Source of the DNA: Macrostomum lignano
Lineage: Eukaryota
DNA: 64,000 bases
Assembly: GCA_002269645.1 (NCBI GenBank)
Contig: NIVC01001671.1
Span: 62,001 to 126,000, forward strand
Reading direction: 5' to 3'
Shown: in pieces, positions 12,101 to 29,738 of the stretch
How positions within the stretch are numbered: position 1 is the stretch's first letter
Layout: each line of letters begins with the position of its first letter
Translations under genes and position numbers: made by a program
The notes under the pieces: model-generated
The model's input: the letters and a program-made list of their open reading frames with translations, nothing else
Told to the model about the DNA's origin: nothing
Database searches by the model: none

Positions 12101-15100
12101 GTAGCGCCAAGATCAGGGTAAGGCTAGCGCCAAGATCAGTCAGGGAAGTGCAACGATGTTGTCAAGCAAGCACCGAAATCTTGAGGCGTCCTTAGAATTT
12201 CCCAGCGAAGCGCTTTAGGTATGAACATTAAAGATAATGACGCCATTTTCAACGAAAAATTACTTTCTAAGGCAATATGCAGCTGATGCTACTCACAAAC
12301 TACTGTTCAGTGCCTGTAAATAACTTTTCCAAGCTAAACTAAGCCAAACTCTTGATTAAACCATAACAGCTAATCCGGAGGCCTGCTCCCAGGATTTAAA
12401 GACCAACTGTACTCAATATCAAACTCCGAGCGAGCAGTACTTTGAGTAAGTGAAGGTGCAATTAAACTGATTCAGTATTTTTGTTTTAATTTCTTGTCTG
12501 ACATTCTTGAAACTTGATGTTTAACCTTTCAACTTTTTAAATTTGCGCAGACGAGTGATGCTGGGCTACACCAGTTTAAACGGAGCAATCAAGAAAATGT
12601 CCGACCCCATCGGACGGCCGCAATGGCACGTGACCTTGTGCCTGCTGTTGGCCTGGATCATCATCTACGCGTGCCTGCTCAAGGGAGTCAAGACTTCTGG
12701 GAAGGTTTGTGCTTTTGAGATGCATCTGAAATTGTGTTTACAGTAGTCAGGTCAAGGTTTGTACTTTAGCAATGCATCTGAAATTGTGTTTACAGTGGTC
12801 AGGTCAAGGTTTGTAGTTTAGCAATGCATTTGAAATTGTGTTTACAGTGGTCAGGTCAAGGTTTGTAGTTTAGCAATGCATCTGAAATTGTGTTTACAGT
12901 TGTCAGGTCAAGGTTTGTACTTTAGCAATGCATCTGAAATTGTGTTTACAGTGGTCAGGTCAAGGTTTGTACTTTAGCAATGCATCTGAAATTGTGTTTA
13001 CAGGTGTCAAGTCAAGGTTTGTACTTTAGCAATGCATTTGAAATTGTGTTTACAGTGGTCAGGTCAAGGTTTGTACTTTAGCTATGCATCTGAAATTGTG
13101 TTTACATTGGTCAGGTCATAGTCTTGAAGTCACGACTCTGACAGGCGAAATAATTACGTATCCAACCGATAGAAGAGTTATATACGAGCGTAACAGGTAG
13201 TGGGTTTATCTTACAGGTAGAAAGTGTGTCTAACAGGTAGACAGTGTGTTAAGAAAAACTTTTTACCTATTAGATACATCTTCTGAAAGTTTATCTAACA
13301 ACTAAAATGTATATATATAACTATATAGATAGAGGAGACGATACTGACACATTAATCTAACAGGATGAATGCGTGATTAATAGCTGGATTGACAGAACCT
13401 GTCAGGCTGAATCACATGTGAAGCTCATGGAACACCGATCTTATAGTCGTGAAAGTTTCTGTAAATACCCTACTGAGCTGACGGACTCGTTAATGCATAC
13501 CGCTGCATATAGCGCTGCCTTCACCTCCCCAGGTGGTGTACTTCACCGCCACGTTTCCCTATCTCGTGCTGGTGATTCTCCTCATCCGCGGCGCAACGCT
13601 GGAGGGCGCCAAGGAGGGCATCATATTCTACTTGAAACCGGACTTCAGCCTGCTACTTACATCTGAGGTAATTAATCTGTTTTGGCTCTGCTTAACAGCA
13701 GGTGTTAAGTGTTTATTTAGAAGCCGCAATTCCTGGAAATTTGTTTTCAAGATCTGGTCTGCGGCGGCGGTGCAGATTTTCTACTCGCTTGGCGTCGCCT
13801 TTGGCTGCCTGACGACCATGTCCAGTTATAACAAGTTTCGGAACAATTGCTACAAGTGAGTCGCTTATTTCAACAAATACGAGTAGTCATTGCTACTATT
13901 AAAATGACGGCGCTTATAAAAACGACAATTAATAATGATGGCAACACCTTGATGTAATTTTACTGAATGCATTCTCTTTAAATATTTGATTAAAGATCCG
14001 AAGACAAAGGCAGATGAGTTCAGTGGTAAATGCGTCACTCATCAGTCTCTTTCGCGCTAAAATATCCCTGGGTTAAATCTCCACGTGTGTGTTGGGACTT
14101 GTGCATGAAATCGGCCCGGGCTTACAAGCTAAACCCCAAGCCACAGAGAGTACATGTTGGACAACGAGAAATTAAGGCAACAATCTCACCTGACGCTACA
14201 CTAATACCTCTAAAACCGGTCTGAACTTTGTGGAAGTTTTGGGCACACAACGCAATAGCGTTGACAGCACAAATTGTGTTGAAAAAAGGGGCACACAGTT
14301 CGAACTGCACTATAAAACCAAGGAAACTTACCAATTGCAGAGACGCCCTCATCGTAGCGGGCATCAACAGCGGCACGTCAATATTCGCCGGTTTCGCCAT
14401 CTTCTCGGTGATCGGTTTCATGGCGCACAAGACCGGCCTGCCGGTGGCCGAGGTGACCAAAAGCGGTCCGGGCCTGGCGTTCGTCGCCTATCCCGAGGGC
14501 CTCGCCGCCATGCCCATCGCTCCGCTTTGGAGCGTGCTGTTCTTCATCATGATCCTAACGCTGGGCGTCGATTCGCAATTTGCCATGGTTGAAACTGTGC
14601 TCACCGCTTGCATGGACGAGTGGCCCTGGTTGCAGGAGAACTTCACTAAGCAGGCAATATTCAAGTCAGTCGTGTGCCTTGTCATGTTTCTGCTTGGCAT
14701 TCCAATGTGCTGTCCTGGGGGGATTTACTATTTCTCAATGCTGAACGACTACTGCGCTTACTATAACCTGTTCGTCGTTGCTCTCGTAGAGATGCTCGGA
14801 ATCTCATACCTGTACGGGATTAAAAACTTTCTGAACGACATTCAGATGATGCTGGGATTCCGTCCGGGGCCTTACTGGATCGCCTGTTGGCTTGGGATCA
14901 CTCCGGCTCTCATTTTGGTAAGTTTTTAATAAATTTTTGTCAAAGCACGCGTTGACTGCGTGATCCAAGGTCGCTGCAAGGTTGCTTAAAGATTCTCTCG
15001 ATGCTGATCTAATCTTTTGCCATGTGACTTTTCTCTCGTGCTTGCTAAAGACGTATTCTACGCGTGATTCTAGGTCACTTTAAAACCGCAACGTTTTTTG

Positions 15101-16175
15101 CAATCACTTCTACTTCAAACCGTTAAGGAACCGCTAAGTTGAGAACCTCATTCTGAATTTTTTAAAGTCCTAATCAGCTGGTTCAAAGTTCTATTTTCTA
15201 TTCTGGCTAAAAATGGGAGACAATCTCTTGTAGGGCCTAAGTAAACCACGAGACGTAGATTGTGGATGCGTTGCAAGCAGAAATCCCTTATCATCTTTTT
15301 GTCATGTGATCCTACACCGATGCGCCTACTAAAAAACGTCAACCAACCCGCAGTTCATTGCGATCTTCTCTCTGGTCAAGTACCAATCGCCAAGCTACAA
15401 CTCGGAGCCGTTCACCATTTGGGGCGAAGCGATGTGCTGGCTAATGATGGTTGGCTCTGTGCTCTTCATCCCCTGCTGCGGAATCTACGAGGTCTGGCGT
15501 CGGGGTGGACTGACGGCCGCTCTCAAGGAGACGCCCGACTGGGGCCCGCCTGTGGAGGCCTTCTGGCTGGAAAGCGACAAGTATCGAGAAAAGCTGAAAC
15601 AGATGAACACGTAAGTAAAACAAAGCCTTTGAAGCTGTACGGCCACGTCACGTGCTAGAACTGTCGCATTTTCTGTTTTCACGTTAACTCGAAAGGTCTC
15701 GCAATCAGCGCGTGATCTCAAGGTCAAGCGCTGGTAATTGAATTCTAGCACGCGGTCTACATGTGGTTTCAAGGTCACATGCTTACAGTGTACATTTAAG
15801 TCACACGCAATCAGCGCCTGATTTCAAGGTCACGCGCTTACACTTAAATTCACGCACGAGATCTACGCGTCTATGGTCATACCTTAGAGCCCCATTTCCC
15901 ACCTAATCAACGCGTGCCTACAAGGTCAATTGTAACATCACGACAGGATCCCAAGGTCACGCGCTGACGTTTATTATGTGACCTTTGTCACGTACAAGAG
16001 CTCCGACTGCCTTTGAAGGATTCCGAACTTTTTACCATTTAACCATTTTTTTCGAGCCAGTACATTCATTTTGATTTCCCCTAACATTGAAAAACTTTAA
16101 TCTAGGCCAGCTAAGGATGGCGTGACGGCTGGAGTTGAAAATCAAGTTGCCAGCACCGTCGATGTCAGTCAGTAG
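9149..16175 (+). CDS. SLC6 sodium:neurotransmitter symporter, amino-acid type, copy B, ~633 aa
   Basis: Exons: 9149-9151 (ATG only), 10280-10586, 11559-11777, 12370-12445, 12551-12704, 13533-13667, 13752-13855, 14341-14917, 15354-15610, 16106-16175; total 1902 nt. Internal exon lengths match copy A exactly (307, 219, 76, 154, 135, 104, 577, 257). Confidence 0.93.
9380..10260. repeat. 12-bp satellite (aagtcactccac)n, SLC6-B intron 1
   Basis: Reverse complement of the 7105-7700 array, longer here. Confidence 0.92.
10591..11410. repeat. 53-bp array (~12 copies) followed by 23-bp array (~8 copies), SLC6-B intron 2
   Basis: 53-mer to ~11222, then (ctccaactaccctgttcctgaag)n. Confidence 0.9.
11815..12140. 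repeat. 22-bp minisatellite, SLC6-B intron 3 (~15 copies)
   Basis: Unit tagcgccaagatcaggtgaggg, mirror of 5060-5735. Confidence 0.9.
12705..13115. repeat. 52-bp minisatellite, SLC6-B intron 5 (~8 copies)
   Basis: Mirror of 4240-4535; starts at the splice donor. Confidence 0.9.
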
Positions 16176-16818
16176 TCGGACGCGAAGAAACCCTGACTGT
16201 AGCGGCGGCTGGCTTCAAGAAGAAAATAATATTGCGATGAAGTTTTTCCTACTGAAACTGGATTTAAGAAAAGATTCTTTGGATTTAAAACTGAATGATT
16301 TTTTTGTTTTTTCCCCATTAATCCCCAGCCATACGTGACTGGGTAAATGAATAAGTAAAAAAGAAACCGTCTGCCTTTTTGCATGGAAATCAATAAAATA
16401 ATTTTTTTCTGTTTTACTTTAATAATTTTAACATTTTATTTCGAACTATATGCAGATATTTGTCTGATTCTGAGCTGATAGTTTTAAATAAGCAATTTTA
16501 CATTGTCAATTACATCAATGGAAGCCGTCATCTGAAAGGAAATACACCACAGCCCCTGTGATATGCATCGCAACTCGAGAATGGATTTTTCACAGGGAAA
16601 CCCTCGTATTCAAATTAAAAAAATCAGCGATCATTGAAATTAGATAAATACTGAATAAAGGCGGAATAACATAGGATCGATTGAATTTTTGGCGGTAATT
16701 CGAATCCAGCTAAAGATTTAATCGCATATAGCGCGCTGTTTGTGGCTTACTAAGAGCGAGACATCTGGTGATGGAGTTGCCACCAGAATTTTACTAGGCA
16801 CTGGATTGTGAAATCCAT

Positions 16819-17152
<334 letters not shown>

Positions 17153-17324
17153 TAGTGAGTCCGTCACCGTGACCTCAGCAATCCCCATGCAGCCGAGCCC
17201 CTATCACAGAATCCGGCATCCCCTATTATTATCTTCTCCTCCCATCCGCCTTTCAAACCCCTCTCCGACAGTCTCTAATTCGGTAATTGATGAGCTGACG
17301 GCATCCTTTATATCTTCAGCCGGG

Positions 17325-21749
<4,425 letters not shown>

Positions 21750-21789
21750 ATTTCAGAATATCTCAAATTTCAAATTCAGAAAGTTAAGA

Positions 21790-22515
21790 GTGGCGCCATT
21801 TCAGTTGAGAGTGGCGCCATTTAAGTCTTGGGTGGCGCCATGTCATTTAAGAGTGGCGCCATTTCAGTTGAGAGAAGCGCCATGTCAGTTGAGAGTGGCG
21901 CCATTTTAGTTGAGAGTGGCGCCATGTCAGTTGAGAGTGGCACCATGTCATTTAAGAGTGGCGCCATGTCAGTTGAGAGTGGCACCATGTCATTTAAGAG
22001 TGGCGCCATGTCAGTTGAAAGTGGCACCATGTCATTTAAGAGTGGCGCCATGTCAGTTGAGAGTGGCGCCATGTCAGTTGAGAGTGGCACCATGTCATTT
22101 AAGAGTGGCGCCATGTCAGTTGAGAGTGGCACCATGTCATTTAAGAGTGGCGCCATGTCAGTTGAGAGTGGCACCATGTCATTTAAGAGTGGCGCCATGT
22201 CAGTTGAGAGTGGCACCATGTCATTTAAGAGTGGCGCCATGTCAGTTGAGAGTGGCGCCATTTTAGTTGAGAGTGGCGCCATTTTAGTTGAGAGTGGCGC
22301 CATTTTAGTTGAGAGTAGCGCCATGTCAGTTGAGAGTGGCGCCATTTTAGTTGAGAGTGGCGCCATTTCAGTTGAGAGTAGCGCCATGTCAGTTGAGAGT
22401 GGCGCCATTTCAGTTTTGGATGGCGCCATTTTAGTTTAGAGTGGCGCTATTTTATTTGAGAGTGGCGCCATTTCAGTTAAGAGTGGCGCCATTTCAGTTG
22501 AGAGTGGCGCCATGA
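21790..22515. repeat. 21-bp minisatellite (~34 copies)
   Basis: Unit gagagtggcgccat(t/g)tcagtt. Confidence 0.93.
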
Positions 22516-22856
22516 CGCCAGTTGAGACGGTTGTTTAGACGCAATCTGCGGAAAATAACAGCAGAATTCGAACTTTAAATCCCAATTCGATATTTTTCAA
22601 AACAATTTTGTCTTTACAACGAAAATGATCGATTATGGTATATTGCTATGTGTCTGCAGAATGTAGGTTTGTGCATTTTATATAGAAATTTTTGTAAATA
22701 TTTTTAGCTTGTTGATCGAAAAAGATCGATGTTGTGGTGCAAAAAAAATTGGATAATCTTTTTGAAAAGTAAAATTTTTAAAAAAGATAACTTTTTTTTA
22801 ACTTCACAGATATTGATACAAAATTTTGAGTCAGACAAGATTTAAAACAAAATTGA

Positions 22857-24632
22857 GAATGAGTCATGAACATGTGATAAAGAGTCAGAAACAGGCGAGA
22901 ATGAGTCAGGAACACATCAGAATGAGTCAGGAACACACGAGAATGAGTCAGGAACACACGAGAATGAGTCAGGAACACACAAGAATGAGTCAGAAACAGG
23001 CGAGAATGAGTCAGGAACACATCAGAATGAGTCAGGAACACACGAGAATGAGTCAGGAACACATGAGAATGAGTCAGGAACACATCAGAATGAGTCAGGA
23101 ACACACGAGAATGAGTCAGGAACACATGAGAATGAGTCAGGAACACATCAGAATGAGTCAGGAACACATCAGAATGAGTCAGGAACACATGAGAATGAGT
23201 CAGGAACACACGAGAATGAGTCAGGAACACACGAGAATGAGTCAGGAACACACGAGAATGAGTCAGGAACACATGAGAATGAGTCAGGAACACATCAGAA
23301 TGAGTCAGGAACACACGAGAATGAGTCAGGAACACACGAGAATGAGTCAGGAACACACGAGAATGAGTCAGGAACACACGAGAATGAGTCAGGAACACAC
23401 GAGAATGAGTCAGGAACACACGAGAATGAGTCAGGAACACACGAGAATGAGTCAGGAACACACGAGAATGAGTCAGGAACACACGAGAATGAGTCAGGAA
23501 CACATGAGAATGAGTCAGGAACACATGAGAATGAGTCAGGAACACATGAGAATGAGTCAGGAACACATGAGAATGAGTCAGGAACACATGAGAATGAGTC
23601 AGGAACACACGAGAATGAGTCAGGAACACATGAGAATGAGTCAGGAACACATGAGAATGAGTCAGGAACACATGAGAATGAGTCAGGAACACACGAGAAT
23701 GAGTCAGGAACACACGAGAATGAGTCAGGAACACACGAGAATGAGTCAGGAACACACGAGAATGAGTCAGGAACACACGAGAATGAGTCAGGAACACACG
23801 AGAATGAGTCAGGAACACATCAGAATGAGTCAGGAACACATGAGAATGAGTCAGGAACACATGAGAATGAGTCAGGAACACACGAGAATGAGTCAGGAAC
23901 ACACGAGAATGAGTCAGGAACACACGAGAATGAGTCAGGAACACACGAGAATGAGTCAGGAACACACGAGAATGAGTCAGGAACACACATAGAATGAGTC
24001 AGGAACACACGAGAATGAGTCAGGAACACATGAGAATGAGTCAGGAACACATGAGAATGAGTCAGGAACACATGAGAATGAGTCAGGAACACACGAGAAT
24101 GAGTCAGGAACACACGAGAATGAGTCAGGAACACACGAGAATGAGTCAGGAACACACGAGAATGAGTCAGGAACACACGAGAATGAGTCAGGAACACACG
24201 AGAATGAGTCAGGAACACATCAGAATGAGTCAGGAACACATGAGAATGAGTCAGGAACACATGAGAATGAGTCAGGAACACACGAGAATGAGTCAGGAAC
24301 ACACGAGAATGAGTCAGGAACACATGAGAATGAGTCAGGAACACATGAGAATGAGTCAGGAACACATGAGAATGAGTCAGGAACACATGAGAATGAGTCA
24401 GGAACACATGAGAATGAGTCAGGAACACACGAGAATGAGTCAGGAACACATGAGAATGAGTCAGGAACACATGAGAATGAGTCAGGAACACATGAGAATG
24501 AGTCAGGAACACACGAGAATGAGTCAGGAACACACGAGAATGAGTCAGGAACACACGAGAATGAGTCAGGAACACACGAGAATGAGTCAGGAACACATTA
24601 GAATGAGTCAGGAACACATCAGAATGAGTCAT
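22857..24632. repeat. 21-bp minisatellite (~84 copies)
   Basis: Unit gagaatgagtcaggaacaca(c/t); one 1-bp phase slip near 23990. Confidence 0.96.
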
Positions 24633-24916
24633 TAGATAGGTGAGAATAAGTCAAAGATAGACTAAAATTAGTCAACTAAACATGATGATAAAATGAGTCA
24701 AGTTTAAAGACGACAGCAAGAAAAGTACAAGCAATTGACATATTTCGCGTGCAGGAAAACAAAGTAAAAAAGTTACATATTTCAGAGAATTTGTGCGATA
24801 CGAGACAACGGATTTCTTTGTCAATTGAAATCAAAATATTTTGTCTTGTTTTAAAAAAACTGTCTCAACAAGTTTGAGTACTTCTCAAGTAGAGCTCTGT
24901 TAGCAACTTTCTCCCT

Positions 24917-25734
24917 TAGTGGCTTACGCAGAAATTTTAACTGGAGGGGCCGCAACCCAAAGTGGTGCCAATATTTGATGTCTCAAATTGGGGTTGGCGC
25001 CCCTGTCTCATGAAGGCATCCCTGTCTCATGGAGGCGTCTCTGTCTCATGGAGGCATCCCTGTCTCATGGAGGCATCCCTGTCTCATGGAGGCGTCTCTG
25101 TCTCTTGGAGGCATCCCTGTCTCATGAAGGCATCCCTGTCTCTTGGTGGGCATCCCTGTCTCATGGAGGCATCCCTGTCTCATGGAGGCATCCCTGTCTC
25201 ATGGAGGCATCCCTGTCTCATGGAGGCATCCCTGTCTCATGGAGGCATCCCTGTCTCATGGAGGCATCCCTGTCTCATGGAGGCGTCTCTGTCTCTTGGA
25301 GGCATCCCTGTCTCATGAAGGCATCCCTGTCTCTTGGTGGGCATCCCTGTCTCATGGAGGCATCCCTGTCTCATGGAGGCATCCCTGTCTCATGGAGGCA
25401 TCCCTGTCTCATGGAGGCATCCCTGTCTCTTGGAGGCATCCCTGTCTCATGGAGGCATCCCTGTCTTCTCGAGGCATCCCTGTCTCATGGAGGCATCCCT
25501 GTCTCATGGAGGTATCCCTGTCTCATGGAGGCATCCCTGTCTCATGGAGGTATCCCTGTCTCATGGAGCATCCCTGTCTCATGGAGGCCAGGCCCAAGAG
25601 ATGGTCGAAGTTGACCTACGACTGTTAGTCGTTCAGTTTGGTTGCCTTTTTCATTAATGGTAGTTTCGGGGGAGTGAGTTTTTATGGGGGGAGGGCCGCG
25701 GACCGCTGACCCTCCCCTGCTGCGTACGCCACTG
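24917..25734. mobile_element. MITE-like element with CAGTGGCGTA-type terminal inverted repeats enclosing a 19-bp minisatellite
   Basis: Left end tagtggcttacgcag, right end ctgcgtacgccactg; flanks ttctccct/atctgctt match 5 of 8 (possible decayed TSD). Confidence 0.5.
25010..25590. repeat. 19-bp minisatellite (~30 copies)
   Basis: Unit ggcatccctgtctcatgga. Confidence 0.92.
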
Positions 25735-25740
25735 ATCTGC

Positions 25741-27096
25741 TTAACTACTTTTCCCAGCCAGGCTAAACGAGGCTGTCGCCGTGGCCTGAGCAGCCGTCAC
25801 CACCTCGATGCCTCGCAGGCCGCCCCGAGCCAGTCGGCGGATGGTCTGATAGGCTCTGCGCTGCCTTCGCAGCACCAGCGTCTTGAACGCTCGCCGGTAA
25901 TCCGCCGAGAACAGCGCGTAGATAAACGGATTCAGCGCGCTATTGACGTAGCCCAACCAGAAGCAGACATCGAAGGTCAGGGGAGCAACGCAGTCCTGGC
26001 AGAAGGCGCCGAACAAGTACACCGAGAAGAACGGGGCCCAGCAGCCAATGAACGTGACGCAGATGATTGCCAGCATTCGAGCCGCTTTCAGTTCGCGTCC
26101 GTAGCGACCGGAGAACGGGGCGTACTTTGTGGCCACGTTGATCAGGGTGTTCCATGAAGCCTTGCGGCTGGTGTTGGCGGCCGGAGGCACCTGCAGATTC
26201 TGCTGCTGCTGCTGCTGCTGCTGCGAGTTCTTTACCAAGCGGACCCGTCGACTGACGATGGAGACTCCAGCGCCTCCGCTGTAGTTCGCTGCTCCGGACG
26301 AGGTGCCTCCGCCGCCGCCGCCTCGGTGGATTCGCAGCTCTCCGTGTTGAGCGGCGCTCTCTCGGCTGGCCAAGACGCCCCTGCGTCCGGCTTTGAGAGT
26401 CCGGTGCACTGAGGCGAAGATGTGCAAGTAGAAGTAGATCATGACCAGCAGGGGAAGGAAGAAGGAGCCCAGGGCGGAGTAGACGATGTACAGAGGCGTG
26501 CTGTGCGCGATGGTGCACTGCTGGCCCAGGTCTAGGCACAGCAAGCTTTCATTGCTGCTGCTGCTGCTGTTGCTGCTGGAATCGGAGCTGTCATCAGTCA
26601 GTGAGGAGTTCTGCAGGAACAGTTTGAACAGAGTTGGCAGGCTGATGGCGAAGGCCAGAATCCAGACGCTAGCAACTAGAAGTCGTGCTCGACGCCGGTT
26701 CATCAGCTTCGGATACTTCAGCGGGTGACGCAGGCTCAGGTAGCGGTCCAGGCTGATGACAACCAGGTTCAGGATCGAGGCAGTGCAGGTCCACACGTCT
26801 ACGGCCAACCAGATTTGACACCACCATCTGCTGAAGATCCAATGCTTCAGAAGCACCTGGTAGGCGATGGAGAACGGCAGTACCAGGAGGCCCAGCAGGA
26901 GGTCGCTGGTGGCCAAACTCACCACGAACGTGCTGGTCAGAGCGGTCTGCAGCTTCGCCGATGTGCAGGCGGCCAGCACAACCAGGATGTTCCCGAATAT
27001 GATGATGATGTTGACAATGCCGAGACTGCAGGTCTGAGCGATGAAGTGAGGTGAGGTGAGGTACACCTTGGTGATGCAGCCAGTCTCGTTGCTCAT
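25741..27096 (-). CDS. Oamb: Class A amine GPCR, alpha-adrenergic-like octopamine receptor (OAMB-like), intronless, 451 aa
   Basis: GN in TM1, SLATSD, TM3 WLAVDVWTCTASILNL with the amine-binding Asp, DRY, TM5 YSALGSFFLP, TM6 CWAPFF, TM7 FWLGYVNSALNPFIYALFS; subtype assigned from motif recall. Confidence 0.88.
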   Translation of the reverse strand: MSNETGCITKVYLTSPHFIAQTCSLGIVNIIIIFGNILVVLAACTSAKLQTALTSTFVVSLATSDLLLGLLVLPFSIAYQVLLKHWIFSRWWCQIWLAVDVWTCTASILNLVVISLDRYLSLRHPLKYPKLMNRRRARLLVASVWILAFAISLPTLFKLFLQNSSLTDDSSDSSSNSSSSSNESLLCLDLGQQCTIAHSTPLYIVYSALGSFFLPLLVMIYFYLHIFASVHRTLKAGRRGVLASRESAAQHGELRIHRGGGGGGTSSGAANYSGGAGVSIVSRRVRLVKNSQQQQQQQQNLQVPPAANTSRKASWNTLINVATKYAPFSGRYGRELKAARMLAIICVTFIGCWAPFFSVYLFGAFCQDCVAPLTFDVCFWLGYVNSALNPFIYALFSADYRRAFKTLVLRRQRRAYQTIRRLARGGLRGIEVVTAAQATATASFSLAGKSS

Positions 27097-27756
27097 TGTG
27101 TTTTACTAGCTGTGAATGCGGTCGAAATGCTTGGACTGACAAGTCTCCTTTGTTGCCGAGTTCGTTAAAGAGTCGAGCTTGTGTGTCTTTAAACAGAAAA
27201 CTGCTTGCGTGCTGCATACAGAAAAGATATTGAAGGGGAGCGGAGGGGCAAAGGCCTCCTGACCAATGAAACGTCTTCGGCCTTCAAAGCTAGAAGGAGA
27301 TTGAATCGCAAAAGGAAAAATAAGAGGGAAGAGAGATGATGACAGGGGATAACTGAGTGAGACGTGAGAAGGCACCTAGAAGGGCTAGTTTGAGTCAGGG
27401 GGGGGAGGATTCTGCGACAGACGACCCGCCTGATGAGTCTTGTTAGGAAGGGATGCAGAGTGGAGAGCTGTGAGGCTGGAAACACTCGATGCAGCGGTGC
27501 AATATGGCAGAGCAAATATTCCCGGGGGAGAATTTGGACAGCTGCGCGGTGCACCTGCTTTGCAGCTACTTTTTAACTGCTTTCCTCCGCTTGTTGCCAC
27601 CGGGCTGGCTAAAATGCTACATGTACAGCTTCTAGCAACTGAGATGGCGTGGGTTTAATCTGCTTGCGAGCCGTGCGTTCTCTGCGCTAAGTAGATGGAG
27701 AGAAGCCAGAGTAAAAAGGTATAAGTTCTTCTCTGATTGTTATGAGCTAATTTTTG

Positions 27757-28685
<929 letters not shown>

Positions 28686-29214
28686 AAACAGATCTATTAA
28701 CCAATCCATGTTTCGTTCACATTTAAGCGGCCGCGACAATCAATTGAAGTGTTTATATTGCTGAAAATAATGTTTTACAAGTGCTTTAGTAGTCATTTAA
28801 CAGCAGAATAGTATTAATGGAAAATTTATATGCATTATTAGGTTCGATTTTTTTGTTCTTTGATTGGCACAATATTTAGTCTAGTTAGGTTGCAGTCAAT
28901 ACATCCAGAGTTGGAATGGTAACTCGAAACAACAAAGAAAAGTACATGGCTTTCCAAAGCGTTCGGAAACTAGGGCAAAAGCTGCAGTTTGATTGCAGAA
29001 CTTCAAGTTGTGTAGTGAAATATCATCAAAGACTTTGAATACAGTTATAAAATGTGCTTTGCCAGACTTATCGGATACATTTAGGGTAATTATCGTGTAG
29101 CATATCGGCTTTTAGTAATAGCTATTACTTAATAAACGAGTTTCAAAAGTAGCACATGGACAAAAGAATTGGGCATAAACCCCCTCGAGCACACTTAAAA
29201 AACCTACTCCCATA

Positions 29215-29690
29215 TTACCCCTCCCCCACGAACAACCACCCCACTTCCCTGGCTGTAAAACCTCCTCTGGACGTTACAAACACCCCACTCCCGTGACTAT
29301 AAAACTCCCTGCGCACGCACAGCCACCTCACTCCCGTGACTATAAAACTCTCGCGCACGCACAACCACCCCACTCCCCTGGCTATAAAACCCTCGCGCAC
29401 GCACAACCACCCCACTCCCTGGCTATAAAACCCTCGCGCACGCACAACCACCCCACTCCCTGGCTATAAAACCCTCGCGCACGCACAACCACCCCACTCC
29501 CTGGCTATAAAACTCTCGCGCACGCACAACCACCCCACTCCCTGGCTATAAAACCCTCGCGCACGCACAGCCACCTCACTCCCGTGACTATAAAACCACT
29601 CGCGCACCCAAAACCATCCCACTCCCCTGGCTATAAAAACCCTCGCGCACGCACAACCACCCCACTCCATTTGCAATAAAACTCCAACCC
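29215..29690. repeat. 41-42-bp minisatellite (~11 copies)
   Basis: Unit gcgcacgcacaaccaccccactcccctggctataaaaccctc. Confidence 0.9.
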
Positions 29691-29738
29691 AATTGTGAAG
29701 TCGGTGTTAGGTTGTTCAAATAATATCAATCTAGACAG

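Noticed and set aside
1545-16175. Palindrome as a long-read hairpin/adapter artefact
   Set aside because: The arms differ by many substitutions, repeat copy numbers and whole introns, and there is a 1.1-kb unique centre
22857-24632. CRISPR array
   Set aside because: Units are contiguous with no unique spacers, there are no cas genes, and the context is eukaryotic; the same holds for all other arrays
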